A stretch of DNA of 64,000 nucleotides from Callorhinchus milii. Its lineage: Eukaryota. The number at the start of each line of letters is the position of its first letter. Positions within the stretch are counted from its first letter, which is position 1. This document shows positions 26,352-37,534 of the stretch, piece after piece. The translations under genes were made by a program, and so were the position numbers. The notes under the pieces are model-generated. The model was not told where the DNA came from, made no database searches, and worked only from the letters and a program-made list of their open reading frames with translations. The stretch covers positions 930,001 through 994,000 of the forward strand of contig NW_024704742.1 in NCBI RefSeq assembly GCF_018977255.1, given 5' to 3'.

Positions 26352-26773
26352 CAGCTGGGCTCAGTTGGTAGCACTCTCACCTCGGAGTCACAAAGTTGCC
26401 GGTTCAAGCCCCATGTTGGGATTTGAAACCCTTATAGTCTATGCTGACACTCCAGTGCAGTGCTTGGTGTGTGCTTCACTGTCCAAGATGCTGTCCTTCA
26501 CTGAACCAAGGTCCTGTCTACTTGTTCCGGTGGATTTTAAAGATACTTGAAAAGAGAAGGGCCTGTGTCCCAATGTTTTGGCCATCAGTCTCCCAAATAA
26601 ATTTGATCATTCACTTCATGGCTGTTTTTTGGACAATGCTGTGCACAAATTGGCTGTCCATTTGCTGACGAAATACACAGTCACTATACTTTACAGTACA
26701 TCCTGTGTAGTGCTTTGAGACATCTTGATGACATGATAAGGTGCTATATTAAACGTTAGAATTATTGTTATTG
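26352..26773 (+). mobile_element. Deu-domain SINE, near full length
   Basis: A-box GGCTCAGTTGGTAG, B-box GGTTCAAGCCC, Deu core, L2-like tail. Confidence 0.85.
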
Positions 26774-29259
26774 ATTTGGGGGCACAGTTATGACTGTATG
26801 AATGTAGGTTAACAGAAACTATTCAATATGAGGGAAATCTCAACAGAGGGAATCGGCCGTTAAAGGGTTAATAACCTCCCATAGTTGGGGTCTCTGGATA
26901 ATTATCTGCAGTGGAAGCTCTGGCTGAATGTCCTCTCCCAACAGAGGCTCTCAGGTGAAATAGGTCTCCCAACTGTGGATCCTGCCTACAGAGTGTTCAC
27001 AAAGTCCTGTTATCACCCTCCACCACACCCACTGTTTTTTTTCTTACAATGATTCTTTTATCTTCTGTTGCAGATAAAGCGAGTGTACTAATGTCTGACA
27101 CCGGTAACTTCCCCGTCACTCCATCCAAGTTAAGGAAGATGTCACACCGAACACGTGCCAAGAAAATGATAGCAATCACACACACGGCACACACATACAC
27201 GCACACCACACACTGACCCTCTGGACCTCAACTACAATTAAACACTTGTACTGAATACAATTAAGTCCTTCTAAATACAATTCCCATCATTCATCATTGA
27301 AATGTTGACGGAATCTGCTTTTAGACCACGAACTGTCCCCCCTCCCTAAACAAAAACGCTGCCGCACTTACATGTTACGACAAACAGAACCACTCGTGAC
27401 CTTGAGATGCATCATGGCGGTAGTGGTCTGTGTCCATGTCTTTCAGCTCACCAGAACAGTGCGGTGTGTCTAATCACATCACCTAGCACTGTCAGGTACT
27501 GCTCTGCTTCCACAGACACTAGCTGCCACATAAAAATGTTCTGAAGATTTCAGATAAATCAACCGGGAGTCTTTTTTTTTTGCAAATGTTTAGAGAAGTG
27601 TTCCAAAGTGCTGGCATTTGCCAACATTTTTATGGCATGAGCATGCTGGGTTGTGAACTCATTCACTGAATACCTCTGTGACATTGTCACGATATGCTTT
27701 CGCCCCATGTTTTTTGGTTGCCCTGGACTTTATCTGCAGAACATTAAAAAGCAATTATCTGTTCACCGGTTGTTTTTGAACTGGCTGACGGTACAGTTGA
27801 GCTATATTCTTACGCAGTGGCTGGGATCCAATAAGGTGAGGCGACGATAAGTGGGTCACACCCTTTTCATGCCGCCGTTTTCAGGCAAAAGTAAAAAACG
27901 CCGCCTTCCGGGTTATAAGGGCTTCACTGAACATCACTTCCTACTTTCTGCGCTTGCACAAACTAGGAAAGACAAGTTCAGAAAACTGGTGACCTCGAAG
28001 TCAACCATTTTGGCATTAAACTGGACGGCACAAAGGAAGAGAGAAGGCTAACACCGACCACAAATTTCATTCATATGACTCCTTTCATGTCGGAAGGATG
28101 TCCCAAGCTCAGCAGTGCACGCGTGCATTAAATGGGGTCCACACTCGCTTTATAATCATCAATAGCTGCTGCGGTCCTTTTTGTAATGTCATTTTCCCAC
28201 CAAGCTTGCCGATGTACAACAACAAGATTCAATTTGTATAGCGCCTTTCATGTGGGGAGGACGTCCCAAGGTGCTGTAAAATGTAGAATGCGGCACACCC
28301 CCAACACTAGGGCACTGCCAGGCTCCAGAGCAGTGGGCACCTCCCTTTATGATCAGCCAACAAAGACATTTTTCTTTGTTGAATTTTTCTTCCTTCCTGG
28401 ACATGGGTATTGGGACTCGGTCGCTACTGGAACCTTGGCGTTGACTTGCCTGGACTGGTGCAGGTATTTGCCAGGCCACTTCCTGACGCTCCAAGAGGTC
28501 GATCGTGATCAACAATGCAGAGGATAGCACGAAGGATGAAGCAAGGGCTCTTCAGTCTTGAAAGGAGAAGTCTCAGATATTATACAACAACAATAAGCAA
28601 TGAAGGAGCTGGACTGTCGAGGGTCCACATCCGTGCCTTGACCCGTTCAGCTTTCCCCCCCAGCTCCGCAACTTTACCACCACCACACCCTCCTGGCCCG
28701 CCCCGCCGCGTCAAGGATGCTTATCCATGCTTTCAGACGTGACTACGCTAACTCTCTGCTCACCAAGGACTTGTGGAGGAATGCTCTCAGTGTGCTCCAG
28801 TACTCTTTAGAACAGTGATGGGTTTCCATGTGTTGATGGATCATCGTGCTGACCAATAAAATAAAATTTAATTCATAAACTCGGTCACTGCACTTTACAG
28901 TAAATCCTGCGAAATGCTTTGAGACGTCCTCCGTAAGGCGCTGTATATCAAACACAAAAAACTATTATTATTTATTGTGAATGTGGTGCTTCTAGATGTG
29001 GTGAAAATGACTGGCTAATTGTATAGGAGAGCATGCAAGTTCAACAAGTGTCAAATGCTGCTCCAAAGACCTAAGATAAGTCAGTGCATAAAATATTGAA
29101 GATAAGTAGGTGTATTTTAGCTGTCCTCTGTGTGATCAGGGTCACTGCACTTTACCCAGTGGCTCAGCCCTGCATGTTTCACGTTACTTGAGCTGCTTCT
29201 TGTTAAAGGAAAAACAACAAACTCTGAAAGAGGTGATGGAGAGGACTGATGATTTGTTT

Positions 29260-30477
29260 TCATCCTCACTGCTTTGATAGCTCAACATGTTGTTCGAAAC
29301 TCCATCTAGTCTTAGCCTACGAGGCCGTTTTGCCTTAAAATTTACGATCTCAAATCATCATGGAAAGTTCGTAAACTCGGTCTTAACGTGAAGTCGGTTT
29401 CATGGAAAATATGCTTCCAAATAAGGCCTGAATTTCATAATCCTCCCCTCCCCCCCCAAAAGAAGTGGTCACTCAATCCACGACTGTTTGTGGGACACTA
29501 CTGTGTGCAATTGGCTACCGTGTTTCACCCCAAATGTACACAGTCAATCCACTTTATAATATATTCTGTGAAGCGCTTTGAAACGTCTCAAGAATGTGAT
29601 AAGGCACTATGTCAAGTGCAAGAATTATTATTATTATTATTATTGTTGTTGCCGGCCCGTGCCTGGTTGGATCATTTTGCAATTAGAAATCTTAGAAAGT
29701 TTTTCATTGCTGCTTACACCATTTCAGCTAGAAAAACATAAGGGTTAATCTGCTTCCACAGTAGAATTATTCTCTAGCTCCATTTGAATACAATTTGGAA
29801 TTGGAGATCAAATACTGTAGTTTAAATGATTGTATTTGAAGAGAACATTTTTTTTAAAAAGCTTTCAAACTAAACACTGAAAAACAGCTAATTTTTATAT
29901 CTTGATTATATATATATATATATAAATGTAAATGTACGATTAGGTAAACAACGTGGTTGGTAAACCCTCCTAAAGCTACCAGTATCATCTGCACTATAAT
30001 CACCCCATAATAGGTTAATTCAGGCACTGGTGGTGTTTTATTTGAGCAGTGTTGCATTTGGAGGGAGATATGTTTTAAACCCATTACTCACTTTGCAAGG
30101 TTACAATTTCTACCACAGTGGGGTCAAAAGCCAACCAGAGGAAGTCAGTCAGCATGTAATTATATGCCTTCAATCGGCTTGCATATCATTGTCCAGTGAA
30201 GCATCCTAAAAACGTGCTGTTTAATATCATTTTTTTAAAAAAAAGTCGAAGCACATTGCCTAACCCAATAGCACACACGCAAATCTAGACAGCGTACCTG
30301 TCACCTGCGGGATGCCATGTTGTCCTTCACGCCCGTTGGGTTTGTCAGGACAACATTCCAACATACCAACTTTCCATGATGATTTGCGATCGTAAATTTT
30401 AAGGCAAAACGGCCTCGTAGGCTAAGACTAGATGGAGTTTCGAACAACATGTTGAGCCATCAAAGCAGTGAGGATGA
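29260..30477. repeat. near-perfect inverted duplication, arms 29260-29369 and 30368-30477
   Basis: 110-nt arms with 2 mismatches by manual alignment; ~1-kb spacer. Confidence 0.95.
29460..29650 (+). mobile_element. SINE family A 3' half
   Basis: AATCCACGACTGTTTGTGGGACAC...AATGTGATAAGGCACTATGTCAAGTGCAAGAA(TTA)n. Confidence 0.8.
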
Positions 30478-30674
30478 CTCTTGTTGCAAGGTTGCCCGGA
30501 CTGCCAGCTCTCGCGGTGTTCACCCCAGTGCTTCACGAACACAGTTTTGCCACTGCTATCTCACTCGTGATATTGACATCTAAGTTTGCCACGCAAAGGA
30601 CATGAAGGGAGCACTGTTACATTTTTACGGCCTCCGCAGCATTGTCACTGCAGCATTTATTCACAGAACAAATT

Positions 30675-31053
30675 GTGGAATCCTGTCGCGTATTGGTTAG
30701 AGTGCTCGCCTCGCAAGCGAGACGACCTGAGTTTGATTCCCGGGCAGGGCAAAGCTTTAGGCAAGTTTCTTTGCTCCCACTTGCCTCTGCTTACCTAGTA
30801 GTAAGCAGGAACCTTGCTGTTAGTCGATTGGCGGATCACTTTCCGGGGGCAATAATCAACTTCGAAAAAAAAAATTGGGTCTTTCAATCCATGAATGTTT
30901 GTGGGACACTGCTGTATGCAATTGGCTGCCGGGTTTCCCCCACGAAATACACAGGCAATTCAATCTCGTGTACTCTGTGAAGCGCTTCGAGACATCTCGA
31001 AGATGCGATAAGACGCTATATCAAATGCAAGGATTATTATTATTATTATTATA
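30675..31053 (+). mobile_element. tRNA-derived SINE, family A (long subtype), full length
   Basis: Head, CORE-like block, Deu-like block and (TTA)n tail. Confidence 0.9.
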
Positions 31054-32314
31054 ATAAAGGAATTAAGTGAAGCAAAGAAAAGGAAGTTTAGAACCCCGTC
31101 ATTAAAATTCAGAATTGGTGTTGACTGGTGACGGGTCACGAAGCCCTAAGCTCTAACTTCTTACCTTCTGAAGTTAACAACTGTAATCCTGCTACGTGCC
31201 CAAAGTTTCCACAAATATTCCACCTCTCGCTGGAAGCAGAAAAGGCATTCTTGCTGATAACGTGGCAATTGATAAATAGCTAAATATGACTGTCTGAGGC
31301 ATTCAACATCACTGTCTGATATTTCAGTGCAAACTGCATACCAGAGCTCAGCCGTATTATGCCTGGAGTTCGCAGAATAAACATTTTAGACATACATGGC
31401 ACAAACAGATGTTCTAATTGCATGTCTGAGAACATGATATTTACTGGTTTCACCACAGTGTGACCTTGAGACCCACGTACCTTCCAGTCCCTCCTGGGTC
31501 TATTCCGAGATTTACTGATTCGGGAACAATGAATAATTCAGAGATTGACACATTTTTGACACTAAATACATGTTATGGTTGTGTCTAGCAGGAGAATGAA
31601 GGAGCAGCGCACCCCACTCCGCTCCTTGTTGGCACTTGTGCTGCTTCTGTGGCCTAACGTGTTGCATTTTGCCTCATAGTGTAACGCTTCCACTCGCGCG
31701 CTGAATAAAGCAGACGTACGGTAAGCCCTGTAACCGGAGGACGCTGCTCCTTCCTCTGCAGATTTTAGCGCCGACTTGCTGGTGTATATTGAATGTGAGG
31801 CATCGGATCCTACTAACTGGAAGGATACATCTGACGACCAGCGGCTCACCAGTGACCACTTGACGACGGGGAAGTTGGCCATTTGGTTTTGCTTATTGTT
31901 GGCTCGATGTTGGACCAGGCCAGGCCAGGCCCAGCTACGGCCGTGCCACCTCGAGCTTTCCCTCCACTTCACAAATGTTATTTCTCGTAGATTGCTGCGG
32001 CGCAACTGGCTGGAGTCTGGCACGCAGATTTTTCGCTCGCACCATGATGAAATCAAGATACTGCAGCATTGCTCGTATCTTCATTTCAGTGATCGGCCCC
32101 TCGGCTGCCTCATCACCGAAAGGTATGGTTTCGGTCTTGGGGAACAGGGATTCCATCTGTTCTCAGCAGATCCATCCGGTAATGCCAAACTGGATCGAAA
32201 ATAACCCAGAGCCCAGTGCAGGACCTGAAATTTACAAAGTATAATCGCTCGCCCCGCGGTCACAATAAGATGGCGCTCGATCCCCGAGAGGAACAAACTA
32301 CTCACCTGGTGAGG

Positions 32315-32330
32315 GACGCCATCTGCTGGC
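32315..32330 (-). promoter_or_regulatory. CTCF-like motif
   Basis: GCCAGCAGATGGCGTC on the minus strand fits the CTCF core CCASYAGRKGGCR; YY1-like AAGATGGCG at 32267-32275. Confidence 0.45.
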
Positions 32331-32404
32331 GTTCCTTGAAGCGTTCCTTAAATAAGTTAAGGAATACTTTAAGGAACCCTCCAGAAAAAATTGGTTATTG
32401 ACTT

Positions 32405-32790
32405 AATAATAATAATAATAATCCCTGCTTGATAATAGCACCTTATCACGTTATCTCGAAATACTTAGTAAAGTGAATTGACTGTGTATTTTGGAGGTGA
32501 ATGAGGCAGACAATTTGCACGTAGCAATGTTCCACAAACATCCATGGAGTAAGCGATCAATTCAATTTGGAGATTTGTTAGCAGGACACTGGGAGAACCT
32601 CCCTCTTTTCGAACAGTGCCATGAGATCTTTAACATTCACCAGAACAGGCAGACGGGACCTTGGTTTAAGGTCTCATCTGAAGGACGGCACCTCTGACAA
32701 CGTAACACCCCTCCAGCTCTGCATTGGAGTGTCAGCTTAGCCTTTGTGATTCCAAGTCCCGACATGGGGATTGAGGCGAGACTGTGCTCG
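32405..32790 (-). mobile_element. Deu-domain SINE
   Basis: Reverse complement has GAGGTGCCGTCCTTCAGATGAGACCTTAAACCAAGGTCCCGTCTGCC and the tail. Confidence 0.85.
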
Positions 32791-33421
32791 GTCGACAAAT
32801 TCATTGCTGTTTGTGGGACATTGCTGTGTGCAAATTGGCTGCTCTGTTGGCCTACTCTACTTCATGTGTTTTGAGACTTTATAGGTTCTATAGCAAATCC
32901 AAGGATTATTATTATTATTATTATTGGAGCTGCATATGCATGCTATCGTGACCTTTTAATTATATCCAATGAAATGCATAGATCATTGCCATAAAAGCAA
33001 ACTACATACGAAAATGCATACAATATAAAAATCCCGCACTAGAGATTCTGCATCCAATATATAATAAAATACATATGTATATATCAGGGCTTTCTTACAT
33101 CATGTTGTTAGGAGTCAGGAAATTGAATATTAAAGTGGATTTCTCTGAGGGAGTATCCCCATTCATTATAGCCATTTCTCAGTCCACGACTTCTGGCAAC
33201 AGCGAGGATTCACATTATAAATATCAGTGAATATTTTCTCACCCTCCCACCCACCCCATCGGATCATTACTGTTTGGAACGAGTTGTGAAGGAAACAACC
33301 GGCTCATTTTTTGTCGGGTAGAATGAATGCCTGGAAGTGTCCTCAGTGAAAAATGGAAAATGGGAGGGGGTGGGATTTCATTGTATTCATTGGCAGAATC
33401 AGCCAACTGGCTGCTCCCCCA

Positions 33422-33462
33422 TGAGTTCTGACGAAAGGTCATCGACCTGAAACGTTAACTCA
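33422..33462 (+). ncRNA. minimal type I hammerhead ribozyme motif (Penelope-like element type)
   Basis: Stem I TGAGTT/AACTCA; core CTGACGA; extra A; stem II AGGTC-ATC-GACCT; GAAA; palindromic stem III ACGT; cleavage triplet GUU. Confidence 0.75.
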
Positions 33463-33525
33463 CTTTCCTCTCTCCAGAGATGCGGCCTGTCCTGCTGAGT
33501 GTTCCCAAATGACTTTTGTTTTTCC
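33422..33525 (+). mobile_element. putative Penelope-like element terminal remnant
   Basis: Hammerhead followed by CTCTCTCCAGAGATGCGGCCTGTCCTGCTGAGTGTTCCC...TTTTGTTTTT, homologous to both arms at 23232-23440. Confidence 0.55.
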
Positions 33526-33744
33526 TCCTGCTACGTTCCTTGCTGGAGAGTAGTGTGAAGTGCAATAGAGAGCAGAAGGGATCAACTTTACCACTGATTC
33601 CACATGTCTGTATCTGATTAATTGAAAAATTGGGGTAAAGATTTGCTGTGTTTCTTCTCCTGTTCCTTGTCTTAATTAGCTAAGGAACAGGTTAAAAAAT
33701 TCCACAAATTTTGACGTCAAGGCAAATTTAAGAAATACCGCAAA

Positions 33745-34070
33745 TTCGACATCGATCAAGCAAGACGCCAAGGTTCTGGACTGGCTCAGTGAGGTGGAGT
33801 GTGCATCTTTGGATGGTGATGCTGCCAGTCAACTGATGAGAAGGCGCTGATGGGAGCCAAACAGGAGAGCCTCGGTCTTGTTGACGTTCAGCTGTAGAAA
33901 GTTGGCTCTCATCCAGGACTTAATGTCTGACAGACATTCTGTCAGGACAGCAGTGGGTCCTGGAGTCGAAAGTGGAGGCAGAGAGGTACAGTTGGGTGTC
34001 AACTACATACATGTGGAAGTTGACACCATGTCTGCGGATGATGTCACCAAGAGGGAACATAGATATGTTA
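33745..34070 (-). mobile_element. L2 LINE reverse-transcriptase fragment
   Basis: Minus strand reads PLGDIIRRHGVNFHMYVVDTQLYLS (decayed YADD) and then LQLNVNKTEA. Confidence 0.85.
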
Positions 34071-34179
34071 AAGAAAATAACACAGTGAAGTTTACAGGGA
34101 GCGAAGAGAGAGGAAGAGAAGGAGATAATAATAATGAAAATAAGACTGTACTAAACCTGATTCGAGTAATTCAAAAACT

Positions 34180-34390
34180 GTAAAGTGAATTGACAGCATA
34201 TTTTGTGGACGAAACACGGCAGCCAATAGCGCATAGCAGCGTTCCGCAAACAGTCATAGATTGAGTGACCAAATTGATAGTATTTGGGGGGATAGTATTT
34301 AACAACTGGGTTGATACTTACTGCCGGATAAACAGTGGTGCATGGAGTAAGGAAACTTGCCTAAGCTTTCATCCCAAGTCCTCTCGCTTT
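34180..34390 (-). mobile_element. SINE family A internal fragment
   Basis: GAAACACGGCAGCCAATAGCGCATAGCAGC...TGGAGTAAGGAAACTTGCC. Confidence 0.7.
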
Positions 34391-35999
34391 CAAACCAAGA
34401 AAGTTGTTATGGATCTAAGGATTTGTTTCAATGTTCTAACCCCTGGGAGGTCATTACTCAGTTACTACTGTCATTACTCAAACACTGGTAAGGTTTCCAG
34501 GTGTTTTATATGGTTCCAATGAAATGCCCCCTCACCTGAAGACACTGACACTTGCTATATGTGGTGGTTGTCCTCCACTGCCTTGCCTGAGTGGCCATTC
34601 CTCCATTCGTGAGTCCGGTCTGAACAGTGAGAGCTGGCTGCCTACTCAACCCTCACTCTGTCTCTGTGCTGAGGGAGGGCTGTACGGGTGGAAGGGTGAA
34701 TGAGGTGAGTCTAACTTTCTGCGCCAGCTTCCATGAAAATTCCACTCGGCAGTCTTGCTTCTTGCGGAGCTTTCGACGTGACTGCTGGAAAATGTGAAGT
34801 GACGAACGCAACTGCCAGCTCCCTGTGCTGAGGACGCCACCGGCTGCATCGCGGCGCACTTGCCTACCCCCATTTATAAATCCAGTAACGTGTCTCCCGA
34901 GACCCTTTCCCAGACAACAGTAACCCTTTTTACCAGTGGCAGTAGCCGTGTTAGCAGCTGGTTCCTTAATCCAGTGAGATCTTGTTCAATTCAATAGACT
35001 GGATTGGAGAGAAACTGGCTGCTGAGGGCAGGTGTCTTCAGTCCAGCTGCCCACAAGGATAGGTTTCATTGCCTTTCAATTCACTTCCTATTCCAAGGGT
35101 TAGTTTGAAAATTGATACAATCTAAGTATGTACATACAGATCTTACCCATCTAATGTTAGGTCTTGATTTTAGAGATTATCCCATTTCCTCGAAGGTTTG
35201 CAGTGGCCTCAGTTTTAATCAAGTCAGGCCTGCCTTTGCTGTGACTAACTGATTTGACTTGAACTTTCTTAAACTCTGCCTCTGCAGCATGTTCGTAAAC
35301 TTTGTTTTAAATTTATTCCGCCTTCAATGCACTATTCAATTTCACACTTCTGCAAAGACTGTACCCACAAGCCCTCCCCTCTCTTCTCTCTTCTCTCTCT
35401 CTCTCTGCATGTTGGAGTAGCCTGGAAATCCAGTTGTACAAATATTATTTTCTTTCCCTACAGGTATCAGTAGCACTTTGAGCTTAAAAGATTACATTAC
35501 TAGATATGGCACAATGAGAAAATGACATCTGCTTCACAGGCCCGGTCTAAATTGTCCAATCTATTAGTCCGGTCATAACTGCCAAGACTGATGGAAAGCT
35601 CCTTTAGTTGACTACTTACTAATGTTGTTTCTTTTGGGTTTTGTTTGTACTTTAAAAGCCTCTTACGGAGAGTAACGGGCTGAAACTAAGGGCCATATCC
35701 TCAGGAAGTGTAGCGTTTTAGGAGGCAGGTCCAGAGACGTTGATAAAACACTCACACTGAGTGAATAGCTGACTGAGGGGCATGTCATGGAGAGATGGAT
35801 CAAGTTCCCAAGAGGATGTGAGCGAGTAAGAAGAAAATCATCCTGTGAGTGTCCAACGAACTACAGAGGCACAGCAGAGGTTCCCCTGTCCCTTTTGGCA
35901 AAGGCTTATGGTGCAATCCACATTGTGCAGTGTGAGGTTTATTGTGTATCGGTGCCGAAGCCCTCTAAAGTAAAGGATATATTTGCCACCTCAACTATT

Positions 36000-36500
36000 T
36001 CAATACCCTCCTCGCCGGTCTCCCCAGCTCCACTGCCCACAAGCTACAACTGATTCAGAACTTTGCCGCCTGTATGCTCATGCATATTAAAGTTTATGTC
36101 CCCATCACCAGGCTCCACCGGTCCCTATCACAGAGCAGATGGATTTCAAGATCTCACTTGTCTACAAATCCCTTCCTGCCCTGGCATTTCGCTATTTTTC
36201 TGTACCTCCTCACTCGACTACCCGCTGCCTCTGCTCGGCTGGCTCTGGCTTCCTGCTTGTCCCTCGCCCCCTCCGCTCCAGCATTGGTGGTCGTACTTTC
36301 AGCCACTAAGTGCTGAAGCTCTCCCCCAATCTCTCCACCTTGCTTCCCCTCCTTCCCCTCTTTTAGATCACAATTGAAGACCTTCCTCTTTGACTGTGTA
36401 TCCCCTCACCCCCCCACCCCAGCTCGGAGTCAGGCTCTGCTACTGTTAAGCGCTCCGAGACACCGCCCTCCGTAAAAGGGCACTATAATTGCAAGTTGTA
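36000..36500 (+). mobile_element. L2 LINE 3' fragment
   Basis: AAGCTACAACTGATTCAGAAC...GGATTTCAAGATC...TTAAGCGCTCCGAGAC tail. Confidence 0.75.
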
Positions 36501-36568
36501 TAGTATCTGGTGCTACGTGCACATGGTCTATGCTGCAAGGTGGGTAGCATTTGGGGCATTGTAAACAG

Positions 36569-36880
36569 TGTGGAGTCCTGTAGCTCAGTGGTTAGATCAA
36601 GCGAGAGACTTGGGTTTGAGTCCTGGCAGGGCAAAACCTTGGGCAAGTTTCCTTACTCCACTGATAATACTCGCCTGATAATAATCCCTCAAGAAAAAAA
36701 AATAATAATAAATTGATCACTTCAATCCACGACTGTTTGTGGGACGCTGCTGTGCGCAATTGGCTGCCACGTTTCGCCCACAAATATACAGTCAATTCAC
36801 TTTACAGTCTATTCTGTGAAGCGCTTTGAGACGTCGAGAAGACGTGAAAAGCGCTGTATGAAGTGCAAGGATTATTGTTA
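36569..36880 (+). mobile_element. tRNA-derived SINE, family A (short subtype)
   Basis: GTGGAGTCCTGTAGCTCAGTGGTTAGA head; lacks the CCTCTGTTTACCTAGCAG block; Deu-like block and tail. Confidence 0.9.
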
Positions 36881-37534
36881 TAGTGTGTTGCAGGCTTTGT
36901 GAGGTGCGAAAGATAGGGTGGTCAGTATATAAGGAAGAAGGTGGAAAAAGTAATACATTTTGATTGCAGAACAAATTGCTGACTTCACTCCATGCCCTAA
37001 CCACAACTCTGTGGAAAGCACATTCTAAATGTACGACTGCCATAGCAACTAATCTAAGATTGGAAACCAGGATTAGGAGCGGATGTAAACAAGCACCGAA
37101 GTGTGGGAGCAAAGTTAGTATCATTAGGACCTCAGGAAATGCCAGAACAAGCCGCACAAATAAAAAACCACAGACAGATAGATCATAATCCTGCAAGCTT
37201 CTGCCTCTTTACTTAATGGGGTCTAATTTGTGGATTGTTACAAAACACACGAGCATGGCTAACCGTGTGCTAACACAGACACGCAAAGAAATACCACTGC
37301 CTACTTTTTAACGTAACAACCTATATAAAGAATTCCTGTTGACCCTATCATTCTTTACGTTGATTATTATAAAGTTGCAGGCAGCTGTATGTATTTGCAC
37401 TTGGTTAGCCCAATTCGCTAATTTTACACACGGGTTGTAAACCCAATCCTGCACAGTTGGTCCATATCGACGCCATAGTTGTAAAGTAAGATCACATTTC
37501 TTCTACCAAATAGCCATTGAGTGATTGACCGGCA

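Noticed and set aside
31596..32204. Signal-peptide-like start MKEQRTPLRSLLALVLLLWP in frame with the 142-aa ORF
   Set aside because: TAG at 31677 and two further stops; the apparent GTAAG...CAG intron is only ~41 nt and does not remove the first stop
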